From a virus: DNA of 64,000 bases. Positions 46,052 to 54,796 of this stretch are shown one piece after another. The position numbers and the translations under genes are program-made. Position 1 is the stretch's first letter. Every line of letters begins with the position of its first letter. The notes below the pieces were generated by a model. That model was given only the letters and a program-made list of their open reading frames with translations, had not been told where the DNA came from and did no database searches. The stretch lies in the IMG/VR virus record IMGVR_UViG_3300021335_000004. The stretch is one strand, 5' to 3'.

Positions 46052-47124
46052 ACTTGAGTTCCTGCCGCATAATATCTTAATTGAGTTAAATTACCAATGT
46101 CGGTTGCATCTGTGTCTGAAGTAAATGGAAAAATGTCAATTATATTAGTAATTCCACTAGGGCCAGTACCACCACTAGCATATCCATGAGTAGTACTTGA
46201 TTGTCCAGCTACTTGATACCTTGATGCAGTTATATCGCCAATATTGGTTGCGTCTTCGTCTGCGGTAAAACTAAACTTATCAATAGTGGTTGTAAAGGGA
46301 GAAATTCCATTTTCAGTACCCCCACTAGTGTATCCATGCGTAACGCTTGATTGTCCAGCCATACCGTGCCTTTTAACAGAAGTATCACCAACATCGGTTG
46401 CATCTACATCTGAGCTAAAAGAAAATTTATCAATTGTGTTCACAGAGTCTGATGATGCCACGCTAAAACCCCCTGAAGAGTACCCATGAGTACCGCTTGT
46501 CTGCCCAGCGTGTTGGTATCTTATTACAGTTAGATCGCCAACATCAGTTGCGTTTGTATCTGAGCTAAAAGGAAATTTATCAATTATATTATACGACGAA
46601 GCACCTTCGCCCCCAGTATTGTACCCATGAGTAGTGCTTGACTGTCCTGTTGTACCATATCTACCTGTTTGCAAATCACCAACGTCTGATGCGTTTGTAT
46701 CTGAGCTGAAAGGAAACTTATCAATTGTTAAGTATGTGTATGATGTTTCAAAACCCCCACTAGTGTATCCATGAGTAGTGCTTGACTGTCCTGTTACGTA
46801 ATATCTTGATAAAGTTACATCACCGACATCAGTTGCGTCTGTATTTGAGCTAAAAGGAAACTTATCAATTACATTACTTACTGCACTGGATTGGCCTGTT
46901 GCGGTGTATCCAGCAGTACTTCCCGGAAAATGATTAGTGAGTGACTCTGGCACATCATCAACAAATGTACCTCTATACAAACCTGCTCGTTTTTGGTATA
47001 ATCCCACACCAGTATTAAAAGTAGTATTGCCCAAGAATACTACATTAGCACCATTAAGAGTATTAGCAGTATTATTAGCGAGCCTAAAATTAATTAGTGA
47101 TACTGGAACAGTAGTTAAACTCAT
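46048..47124 (-). CDS. Kelch-like beta-propeller repeat protein
   Basis: six near-identical repeats 'IDKFPFSSDTNATDVGDL..RY..GQSSTTHGY..GG'. Confidence 0.75.
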   Translation of the reverse strand: MSLTTVPVSLINFRLANNTANTLNGANVVFLGNTTFNTGVGLYQKRAGLYRGTFVDDVPESLTNHFPGSTAGYTATGQSSAVSNVIDKFPFSSNTDATDVGDVTLSRYYVTGQSSTTHGYTSGGFETSYTYLTIDKFPFSSDTNASDVGDLQTGRYGTTGQSSTTHGYNTGGEGASSYNIIDKFPFSSDTNATDVGDLTVIRYQHAGQTSGTHGYSSGGFSVASSDSVNTIDKFSFSSDVDATDVGDTSVKRHGMAGQSSVTHGYTSGGTENGISPFTTTIDKFSFTADEDATNIGDITASRYQVAGQSSTTHGYASGGTGPSGITNIIDIFPFTSDTDATDIGNLTQLRYYAAGTQV

Positions 47125-47276
47125 TTTTTTCTTACCTGTTTACGAATAGGAGCATTAGCAATTCCATAAGAAAAACTAGGGCTTTTAGTAGATCTCTTAC
47201 GGGCATTATATAGTTTTTTAATTTGTTTTTTAGAAGCTATAGTAGAAGTAAAAGCATCTACACTAGTGATTGACAT
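47121..47276 (-). CDS. small basic protein
   Basis: 51 aa, AAGGAG SD, K/R-rich. Confidence 0.55.
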   Translation of the reverse strand: MSITSVDAFTSTIASKKQIKKLYNARKRSTKSPSFSYGIANAPIRKQVRKK

Positions 47277-47287
47277 GTTTTCTCCTT

Positions 47288-47329
47288 AAAAAAATATAGA
47301 GGAAATGCCTTTCGACAGTTCCTCTATAT
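47288..47329 (-). terminator. rho-independent terminator
   Basis: atatagaggaa...ttcctctatat stem followed by a T run on the - strand. Confidence 0.6.
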
Positions 47330-47350
47330 GAACTACTGTTAAAGCACTTC

Positions 47351-47644
47351 TTATTTACTGAAGTTTTTGTGTTTTACAACTTTTGGCTTATATACAGTAC
47401 CATCTGATGAAGAAAATTCTCCGACCATAGTAACATTTTCAAGAGAAGCTCTATTATTCATAACTCTATTAGCTTCATCATATTTCAAAATATTTTCAAG
47501 ATCTTTATTAACTTCATTACCTGCAATAGTTCTATACAAACTGCCGCCAACCGGTTCTACTTTTCCTTCTCCTCTGAGTTTTTTAGAACGCTCTAAACGC
47601 TGTTCAAAAGACTCTCTTTCAGGTCCTGCATATTTTTCAGCCAT
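47351..47644 (-). CDS. hypothetical protein
   Basis: 97 aa ORF in operon. Confidence 0.6.
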   Translation of the reverse strand: MAEKYAGPERESFEQRLERSKKLRGEGKVEPVGGSLYRTIAGNEVNKDLENILKYDEANRVMNNRASLENVTMVGEFSSSDGTVYKPKVVKHKNFSK

Positions 47645-47645
47645 T

Positions 47646-47930
47646 TTACTTCATATCCTTAATCATGTTAGGAAATTTACCACGACCGTTTCCACCCATA
47701 TTACGAGAACCACTTGATCCTCCAACAGATGATTTTTTAGTCATTGCGCCTTCTGCCTCAACACCGTCTACAGTAGCAGAATAACCTGACATTCCAGAAT
47801 TTCCGTAATTAGTTGCTTGTTTCATTTTTTTGTTTGTATTCATTGGTCCTTTATCGGTTCCACCGATTGGGGCACCTGGTTGTGATTTAAGACCTAAATC
47901 TACACCCTGTCCACTTACCATTCTAGCCAT
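47646..47930 (-). CDS. Gly/Met/Lys-rich low-complexity protein
   Basis: 94 aa, AGGAG SD. Confidence 0.6.
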   Translation of the reverse strand: MARMVSGQGVDLGLKSQPGAPIGGTDKGPMNTNKKMKQATNYGNSGMSGYSATVDGVEAEGAMTKKSSVGGSSGSRNMGGNGRGKFPNMIKDMK

Positions 47931-47933
47931 AAT

Positions 47934-48179
47934 TTATCTCCTTTTTCTTTTGTAGAATTCTTTTCTACTCATTGCTTGATTTTTAAAAGGTGTGTAATAC
48001 GCACACCATTCTTCGTTTGATAATCCAGAACCACTAGGACGTCTTTTATGAGGTCGAGTTACCATTCTACCTGCTGGAGTATAAAAAGCACATAAAGGAG
48101 GTCTGTCAAATGCTCGTACATCTGAACTCATTCTCTCCCAAGCCTTAGTTCCGTTTGTTACTTTTCTTCTTATTCTCAT
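47934..48179 (-). CDS. small Arg-rich protein
   Basis: 81 aa; promoter TTGTCA-17-CATAAT ends 5 nt before ATG. Confidence 0.55.
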   Translation of the reverse strand: MRIRRKVTNGTKAWERMSSDVRAFDRPPLCAFYTPAGRMVTRPHKRRPSGSGLSNEEWCAYYTPFKNQAMSRKEFYKRKRR

Positions 48180-48237
48180 AGCTTATTATGACTTATTTAT
48201 CATGAGTTGACAAATATTTTATTTAAATTTTGCTCTA

Positions 48238-48411
48238 CTAATATAAAAAAGTTTTAGCTATGACTATATTATTTTTTATACTCTCTATTTTTATATCTAA
48301 ATTAGTTTTTTCATAAGGAATATAAAAATTTTCTACTTTGTCGTAAGCATATGCACCATAAAATATTAGTCCTATTAAATAAATTAGAGCTATTAAGAAA
48401 AGATATATCAT
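48238..48411 (-). CDS. small membrane protein
   Basis: ATGA overlap with upstream gene; N-terminal TM. Confidence 0.5.
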   Translation of the reverse strand: MIYLFLIALIYLIGLIFYGAYAYDKVENFYIPYEKTNLDIKIESIKNNIVIAKTFLY

Positions 48412-48881
48412 GATGCAAACAGTGCTACAAAAAAAGCACCACACCCAAGAACAACACAACCGCCAACAATTAAAAATAATTTAACTTGTTCCCAGAATTC
48501 TGATTCTTCTTGACGTTTTTTAATCCTAGCTAATCTTGCTGCTTCTTTCTGTTCTGTTATTCGTTTTGCTCTTTCATCAATAATAGATTGCCAAGTTCCA
48601 GGGCCAAATCGCATATCAACAAGAGTTTTTACTTCTTGCATTTTTTCTTGGGCTATTTTAGCATCTATCATTTCTTGGGCAACAGAATCAATGCCGAATT
48701 GGTCTTTGAGACCTATTCCTGCTTTTTTATTTCTTTGCTTATCAAGTTCTTGTTGACCTTGAAATACGCTGTCTATAGCTCCTGCTATTTCTCCAATATC
48801 TTTAGCAGTGTCTATATTAGATTTAATAAAATCTACACCAGCCTTTAAAAGAGATAACGCAGCTAATCCTTCTGCTATCAT
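48408..48881 (-). CDS. hypothetical protein with C-terminal TM helix
   Basis: 157 aa; GAGG SD. Confidence 0.65.
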   Translation of the reverse strand: MIAEGLAALSLLKAGVDFIKSNIDTAKDIGEIAGAIDSVFQGQQELDKQRNKKAGIGLKDQFGIDSVAQEMIDAKIAQEKMQEVKTLVDMRFGPGTWQSIIDERAKRITEQKEAARLARIKKRQEESEFWEQVKLFLIVGGCVVLGCGAFFVALFAS

Positions 48882-48965
48882 TTTTCCTCATCCAATTTCT
48901 CCCCTTCATTTTTATTATATTCTGTACAACTTTTTAGGGTGTACTAAGTTCTAGAAACGATATAA

Positions 48966-49481
48966 TTATCTATTAGCAAGAGGGTTATCTAAAGCTCTTT
49001 GAAGTTGCTTTTCCATATCAGATTCTAGGGTTTCAATTTTCGTTTCAAGTATATCACGTGTTGCTGTATTTTCACGAATCAGAAGATCTTTCTGTGCTAC
49101 ATACTGATTGAGCAGATCTTGTCTTTTAACTTCAAATCTTTCTTCTGCATCATCAATTGTAGTACGTACATCATCCTCTACATTGTTAATATCATCTTCA
49201 ACCTTATCTACTATACGCTCAATACGAACAATATCATCTCTTAAACCATTCTTAATGTCGCGTGAATATTCCAATGCTTCGTCTAGTTTAGTTTCAAGTA
49301 CATCATTACGTGCGTCAATTGCGGCTGTATCAATATTCTGAATAATCTCTTTCATATTCATATAATCTTTATAGAACTCAAAACCAGCCCACAAGCCGCC
49401 ACCAAGTGTTCCTATTAGTGGAAGTATAAGCAGTAGTTTAGAACCTCCAACTTTTATTCCCCCATATTCTATTTCTGCCAT
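48966..49481 (-). CDS. membrane-anchored coiled-coil protein
   Basis: N-terminal TM then acidic coiled coil. Confidence 0.7.
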   Translation of the reverse strand: MAEIEYGGIKVGGSKLLLILPLIGTLGGGLWAGFEFYKDYMNMKEIIQNIDTAAIDARNDVLETKLDEALEYSRDIKNGLRDDIVRIERIVDKVEDDINNVEDDVRTTIDDAEERFEVKRQDLLNQYVAQKDLLIRENTATRDILETKIETLESDMEKQLQRALDNPLANR

Positions 49482-49489
49482 CGTGTCTC

Positions 49490-51556
49490 CTATTGGTATT
49501 GTAAGTTTTCCATTGCAGCAAAACCAGGATCATTTAAGAACCATCTTGCAAATGCGTGATCTACAGTTGGTTTTGGTGGGTAGAAATTAATTTGATTTAT
49601 TTGTTCTTTCTCTGCATATGTCTTGAAATCTGGTACAAAGGATATCAAAGCAAGTAATCTACGCTGTATTTCCATTTGTTGTTCTAATGTAACAGCAGCT
49701 TCAAGTTCTTTTACAGTTTCTATAGCTTTCATTGCAATAAGTAACCTCATCTTATTATTTTTCGAAGTAACAGGATCAACTTTAGGCATTGCCTTGCCCG
49801 GTATATTCTCAACGTATTCAGGTTTAGAATTTTCTAACTCAGCTAATTCTTTTTCAATGTCGTCTTCTTGATTAGTATTACCCACACCTGTCTCTGAACT
49901 ATCACCTTTATTACTAGATTCTTCTTCTAATTTAGCTAGCTCTGCATCGATGTCATCCATCATTTCGAGCTCGCCCAGCTCCTCATTTATATCATCATCC
50001 ACAGTTTGAAAACCTGAATCTGCTTCTGCTTGCTCCTGTTCAATAACTATTTCTTCTTGAGCTACTGTATCAACAGGTGTTTCATATATCTCTGGTTGAA
50101 TAGATTCAGCATTAATTATATCATCTACAAGAGGAGATAAAACTGTAAACTCTCCATCATTACCAGACAAATCAACATAACCAGGGCATGTATTGTCGTA
50201 CTGAGGATCTAACGAACACTGCTGATTAAAGTAAGCAACATCATAATCAACACAACCCCTATCATATAATGGATCTTCTTTACACATTGCAATATAGTAA
50301 TCAGGGCATTGAGGATCTGATTTAGGATTTGTATTACACTGTTGTGTAAATTGAGCATTGTTATAACCACTACAATTAGGATCATATAAAGGGTTCAAAC
50401 TACACTGCTGATTAAAATATGCAGTAGCATAACCTGAACAGTTAGTATCAATTAAAGGATTGATAGTACATGCGTTAAAGTTATTAGTGTAGTCAGGACA
50501 TAAACTATCGTTAAGATGGTAGTTTGTAACACATGTGTTATAAGCAGTCTTATAACCATAACAATTACTATCATACAATGCATTGATTACACAGTTTTGT
50601 GTATTAGTAGCATAGTTAGGACACTTGCTATCATTCAAGTGATAGTTAGTATTACACGTAGCTAAAGCTGTTTGATAACCTGGACATCCTACATCATATA
50701 GCGGGTCTATTATACACTGTTGATTGTAATACGCTACTGCATAACCTGGGCAGGTTGGATCAACTAAAGGGTTTGCTGCGCATTGCTGTTGCAACCATGC
50801 TGCTTGATACCCTGGACAGCTTGGATCATATAGCGGGTTCTGTGTACATTGCTGATTAAATAACGCTTGTGCATAACCCGGACAGGCAGGATCATATAGT
50901 TGATTATTATAACAAGGATCAGCTGAATAGTTCACGTAGATATATGACTCGTCTGCTCTGAACTCAGGCCCCCAATAACCAGCCTGCCCAGCAATATCTT
51001 GTCCAGTAACCAGTATTTCCACGTTACCAAAATAACTTGGTGTCAGAAAGTTCTGATTGAAAGTTTCTGTGCCTTGGTCATACGTCCAGTTTGCAAAATT
51101 CTGTCCATAGTCATACTTGTAACTTTTGAATAGATTACCGTTTGAGTCGTATACGTTGACAACAATCTCAAAAGGGTCTACTCCACCACCGCCGGGTTGT
51201 CCAGAAAAATAGTTTGAGTTACCATTTTTGTAAACCCATTGATAGTCAAACCCATCAACTTGAATACCGGCTGCCTGTAGTGCTTGATTTATTGCGATTG
51301 TATTTGAAAGGGTTTGTTGTGTACCACTCCAATAGTAAGTAGTACCATTGGCAGTTTGTTGTGCCTCGTGAATGTCACCTTGATCAGTAGTACCTGCCCA
51401 ACAATCGACATTTTGAGTACACTGACTCAATGTTCCTGTCCAGCCATTTCCTAATACTATTATATCCCCAGTTTGACCACTAGTTGTTGCTTGTTGTGCA
51501 CTAGAGGAGGAGTAGTAACAGAGCGAGAGAAATACCGCCAGCAGCAATCGCGCCAT
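49490..51556 (-). CDS. secreted Cys-rich repeat protein
   Basis: signal peptide; about 12 'C..NPLYDP.CPGY' repeats; acidic coiled-coil C-terminus. Confidence 0.75.
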   Translation of the reverse strand: MARLLLAVFLSLCYYSSSSAQQATTSGQTGDIIVLGNGWTGTLSQCTQNVDCWAGTTDQGDIHEAQQTANGTTYYWSGTQQTLSNTIAINQALQAAGIQVDGFDYQWVYKNGNSNYFSGQPGGGGVDPFEIVVNVYDSNGNLFKSYKYDYGQNFANWTYDQGTETFNQNFLTPSYFGNVEILVTGQDIAGQAGYWGPEFRADESYIYVNYSADPCYNNQLYDPACPGYAQALFNQQCTQNPLYDPSCPGYQAAWLQQQCAANPLVDPTCPGYAVAYYNQQCIIDPLYDVGCPGYQTALATCNTNYHLNDSKCPNYATNTQNCVINALYDSNCYGYKTAYNTCVTNYHLNDSLCPDYTNNFNACTINPLIDTNCSGYATAYFNQQCSLNPLYDPNCSGYNNAQFTQQCNTNPKSDPQCPDYYIAMCKEDPLYDRGCVDYDVAYFNQQCSLDPQYDNTCPGYVDLSGNDGEFTVLSPLVDDIINAESIQPEIYETPVDTVAQEEIVIEQEQAEADSGFQTVDDDINEELGELEMMDDIDAELAKLEEESSNKGDSSETGVGNTNQEDDIEKELAELENSKPEYVENIPGKAMPKVDPVTSKNNKMRLLIAMKAIETVKELEAAVTLEQQMEIQRRLLALISFVPDFKTYAEKEQINQINFYPPKPTVDHAFARWFLNDPGFAAMENLQYQ

Positions 51557-52112
51557 TGCGTTTCTGAACATCACTTTTTGTCTCCATATCTTCTATGGGC
51601 GGAATACGGCCTGGATTAGCTTCCCAACTATCAGCAGCTTTATCGCCAATTTTACCAAGATATGGACAAGGCGTTCCAGCCATTTCCATTGCATCATATA
51701 CTCTACGATCTTGACAAAGTACAGATACAGCTGCAACTTTCATCCCCATATCATATAATGTCTTACTTATTTTAAGTCTTTCACAGTTTTTATCCCTGAC
51801 CATCTCACCTGATGAGATACCAAGTATTTGAGTTTGTACTGCGCCAGAAACTCCGGACAGACATAGATCTGATGATGAAGAACCTACACCAGGCGATATA
51901 GCACTTGGCGGTGGAGATACAACTATAGTACGAGAACTTGCATCTGTTTCAACTTTTGAATTTGATTTAGAATCTGTAATAACTGTTGATGCAGTCTGCG
52001 CAATTGCTTGATTTTCATTAGCAAAGACCAGAATGAAAAATACTACGACAAGCAAACTTATCATAGTACATAATGGTAATACTACCTCTGTCTTTTCTCT
52101 TATTTTTACCAT
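51501..52112 (-). CDS. exported/membrane protein
   Basis: N- and C-terminal hydrophobic segments; 'SPPPSAISP...C...CERLK...GTPCP'. Confidence 0.7.
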   Translation of the reverse strand: MVKIREKTEVVLPLCTMISLLVVVFFILVFANENQAIAQTASTVITDSKSNSKVETDASSRTIVVSPPPSAISPGVGSSSSDLCLSGVSGAVQTQILGISSGEMVRDKNCERLKISKTLYDMGMKVAAVSVLCQDRRVYDAMEMAGTPCPYLGKIGDKAADSWEANPGRIPPIEDMETKSDVQKRNGAIAAGGISLALLLLLL

Positions 52113-52131
52113 TTATTAGCATTTTCCCCAT

Positions 52132-52380
52132 TCATCTATGCGATCTAGTTTTCTTTGCTATTTTCTTAGGCTGTTTAACAAACTGCTTACCAGCTTTGGA
52201 ACCTTTGCGTTTAGCACTATTAGTAGCAGCTTTTTCGCCAGAAGATAACGAAGACCAAGCAGATTTAGGTAAATACCTACCTCGCTTTTTACGAGGTTTT
52301 TTACTTTCATCTTTATTAGAGTATCCCCATTCTTGGCGAGTCCAATTAACTAAAGATTGTTGAGTAGGTTTTCTAGCCAT
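52132..52380 (-). CDS. small basic protein (DUF5872-like, part 2)
   Basis: 'QQSL.NWT.QEW...RYLPKSAW..LS.GEKAATN.AKR'. Confidence 0.65.
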   Translation of the reverse strand: MARKPTQQSLVNWTRQEWGYSNKDESKKPRKKRGRYLPKSAWSSLSSGEKAATNSAKRKGSKAGKQFVKQPKKIAKKTRSHR

Positions 52381-52565
52381 TATTTTTTATACCCTCCACC
52401 AGCTGACTTATATGCTTTAGCTAGCATTTGTGCTTTACGTGCGCTCCATTGTCCTGGTGCGCCGCCTTTTCCGCCTGATTTAATTCTTTGAAATAAGCGT
52501 TTTCTCATGGTTGGTTTAGTATAAACTTTAGCTTCGTTAACTCTAGACTTAGGTTTTTTTGCCAT
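52380..52565 (-). CDS. small basic protein (DUF5872-like, part 1)
   Basis: 'YTKPTMRKRLF..IK.G.KGG.PGQWSARKAQMLAK.YK.AGGGYK'. Confidence 0.65.
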   Translation of the reverse strand: MAKKPKSRVNEAKVYTKPTMRKRLFQRIKSGGKGGAPGQWSARKAQMLAKAYKSAGGGYKK

Positions 52566-52676
52566 TTTCTTTTCTCTTTTTCATTCGCTCAATAAACTTT
52601 TTTCTAACTGTATCTTCCCACTCTTTTTCAGCAGTTTTAGTTTCTTTAGTTTTAAATATATTTTTTAATTTATCAA

Positions 52677-53282
52677 TCATTTTATAAAAGCACCTATTCT
52701 ACCGTGTAAATCTGGATATTCAACATATTTCCAATCTTCAGGGGGTTGGGTATTATCATCTTCCCATACCGGAATAAAATCAGAATTATCCCATTGAAAA
52801 TCTAAATTACGTCTTAATTGACATTCAATTAATTTATTACCAATAAACTCACAATTTATATAATCATAAGGTATATTATTAAGTATAGTCGGGAAACTAA
52901 CTATTTTTTCTAAGGCTGGAAAGTCATCAACTTTAGACCAAGCATCCCAATACATTAGTTCTTCTGGATCTTTAAAACCTTCTACACACAATACTACTTT
53001 TTTATTTCTATAATCAACAGATAAATGTCTACCCTTAAACCACTCACACCAAAAATATCCTATTGGTAAATTATCAGTATCTTTATCAATCCAAACACGC
53101 TCTGCTCCAAATCCTAATCCCATAAGATTCATTATAGGTCTGACTATATACCAGCCAGGTTTTGGAACATCAACTCCTATAGGTCCACATACGTATCCTA
53201 ATTTTTTAGATAAGATTAACTTATCATAAATCCAAATATCTTCAGGCTTTAAAATAGCCCACACCTCGTCTTCAGTATTCAC
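52677..53282 (-). CDS. hypothetical protein, possible ATP-grasp-like
   Basis: 'DKL.LS.KLG...P...YIVRP..N..G.G.GA...FWCEWF.G.HLSVD...IE...R'. Confidence 0.55.
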   Translation of the reverse strand: MNTEDEVWAILKPEDIWIYDKLILSKKLGYVCGPIGVDVPKPGWYIVRPIMNLMGLGFGAERVWIDKDTDNLPIGYFWCEWFKGRHLSVDYRNKKVVLCVEGFKDPEELMYWDAWSKVDDFPALEKIVSFPTILNNIPYDYINCEFIGNKLIECQLRRNLDFQWDNSDFIPVWEDDNTQPPEDWKYVEYPDLHGRIGAFIK

Positions 53283-53455
53283 TTCTTTTTCTTTTTTGCT
53301 AAAATAGCTTTCTGAAGTGCAGGAGGAAGTTTCTTTTGGGCAGCGCTTAATCCTGCACCATTAGGTTTTTTCTTAGCATCAGCTTTTTTAGAGGTATTTT
53401 TACTCATAAAAGCTGGTTTACCGTTCTTCATCGGCATCTTTTTATGTTTAGCCAT
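53279..53455 (-). CDS. small Lys-rich protein
   Basis: 58 aa 'MAKHKKMPMKNGKPAF...LSAAQKKLPPALQKAILAKKKKK', GGAG SD. Confidence 0.6.
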   Translation of the reverse strand: MAKHKKMPMKNGKPAFMSKNTSKKADAKKKPNGAGLSAAQKKLPPALQKAILAKKKKK

Positions 53456-53501
53456 TGTTTATTCTCCAATCTCAAGTCAAAATTATCACGTAAATAAAGT
53501 A

Positions 53502-53674
53502 GCGGAGACTCCGTCTCCGCGTTGTGCCACTTCGTGGCATCTTGTTGCAACATAGGGGAAAGCCATGTTCATTCTATGTTCAATTAAGTAAAAATAAAAT
53601 TTTATGTTGATTGCATCTAAGTTCAAACTAATAGTAACACAAATTTTGCTATTCTGCAAACATAATATTTTTAC
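53502..53674 (-). other. non-coding module copy B (promoter, AT-rich tract, CATGGCTTTCCCCTA motif, two GNA-triloop hairpins)
   Basis: homologous to 15289-15453; see findings. Confidence 0.5.
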
Positions 53675-53883
53675 TTTCGTTTTTTACTCTGAGCACTAGA
53701 CTTTCCTGCTGCGCTTAGTGCGATTGCTACAGCCTGCCTACGGCGAGCCTTGCTTGTAGATTCGCCAGTGCGCTTTGCTAGTGTGCTAATAGATTTTGAA
53801 CGAGTTTTAGAAGGGCTCTTTTTAATTAGCTCACGAATATTAGTAGAAATTGTTTTTTGAGATTTACCACGTTTTAAAGGCAT
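53671..53883 (-). CDS. small basic protein
   Basis: 'MPLKRGKSQKTISTNIREL...QAVAIALS.AGKS'. Confidence 0.65.
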   Translation of the reverse strand: MPLKRGKSQKTISTNIRELIKKSPSKTRSKSISTLAKRTGESTSKARRRQAVAIALSAAGKSSAQSKKRK

Positions 53884-54558
53884 TTAGCAATCCTCTGTTT
53901 TTATTTCTACAATCATTTCTTTTGTATCTTCTTCGTCAGACTCATTCATACCAGCAAGTTCACGAATTTTCGCTACATGTGTTGCCTCAACGTAAGCATG
54001 CTCTTCACGAAGACCCATCATACCTGCTAAAAACATTATTTCATCTGCTATGTTTTCTGCCATTTGAACATCTGAAACATTAGCTTGATCATTTTCAATA
54101 GCCATCTTTTCCATATAGAAGAGTACGTCTTGTAATTTTGCAGTACGCTCTGCGACATCCATAGAATCTGAATCTATCTGACTTTCAATAGATTTATAAA
54201 GTGTTTCAGCACTAGGACAAATATCAAAATGTTTTGTGGTATAAGATCCGACTTCTATACCTCCATCTTCGTTTACAACTTCAAACCTCATATCATCATT
54301 TTTTACAGAGAATAGAGATTTTGGCGGTGCTACTAAGTCAGTATTATCACGAGTTTCTTCAATATCTGACGAATACATAAGATAATCTCTAGCAGAATTT
54401 AAATAGGCTGAAGAAACGGCAAGTTTATTAGTCCACCAAGTTGGAAGCTCAGCTTCGCCGTCTTGTGGAAGTGTTCTCATAATATCTCCTACATCTTCCA
54501 TAATGGTTCTACACATTCTACGAGAAGATGCTACATCTGTATGTCCGTCTTTTTTCAT
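53884..54558 (-). CDS. hypothetical acidic protein
   Basis: 224 aa; 'LPTWWTNKLA'. Confidence 0.65.
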   Translation of the reverse strand: MKKDGHTDVASSRRMCRTIMEDVGDIMRTLPQDGEAELPTWWTNKLAVSSAYLNSARDYLMYSSDIEETRDNTDLVAPPKSLFSVKNDDMRFEVVNEDGGIEVGSYTTKHFDICPSAETLYKSIESQIDSDSMDVAERTAKLQDVLFYMEKMAIENDQANVSDVQMAENIADEIMFLAGMMGLREEHAYVEATHVAKIRELAGMNESDEEDTKEMIVEIKTEDC

Positions 54559-54752
54559 TTTTTCCTCTTTCTAAATCCAATTGGTTTGGAATATTTAATT
54601 GGCCATCCACTATTACGAGACTTTGTAATAAAGGTTTCAAGTTCTTTTTCAGTTAAAACACCTGACGTAGCTTTACGACGTATTCTTTCATTTCTAGGAA
54701 TACGTGGTGCTGTCGGTCTAACAAAAGTAAATTTTCCAACTTTCTTTTTCAT
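54555..54752 (-). CDS. small basic protein
   Basis: 65 aa; promoter TTGCGC-17-TATAAT ends 5 nt before ATG. Confidence 0.55.
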   Translation of the reverse strand: MKKKVGKFTFVRPTAPRIPRNERIRRKATSGVLTEKELETFITKSRNSGWPIKYSKPIGFRKRKK

Positions 54753-54796
54753 GCTTTATTATAACTTTTATCTTAGTAGTGCGCAAATATTAATTT

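Noticed and set aside
46048-47124. CRISPR array or DGR template/variable repeats
   Set aside because: The repeats are in-frame protein blades; there is no spacer structure, cas gene or reverse transcriptase
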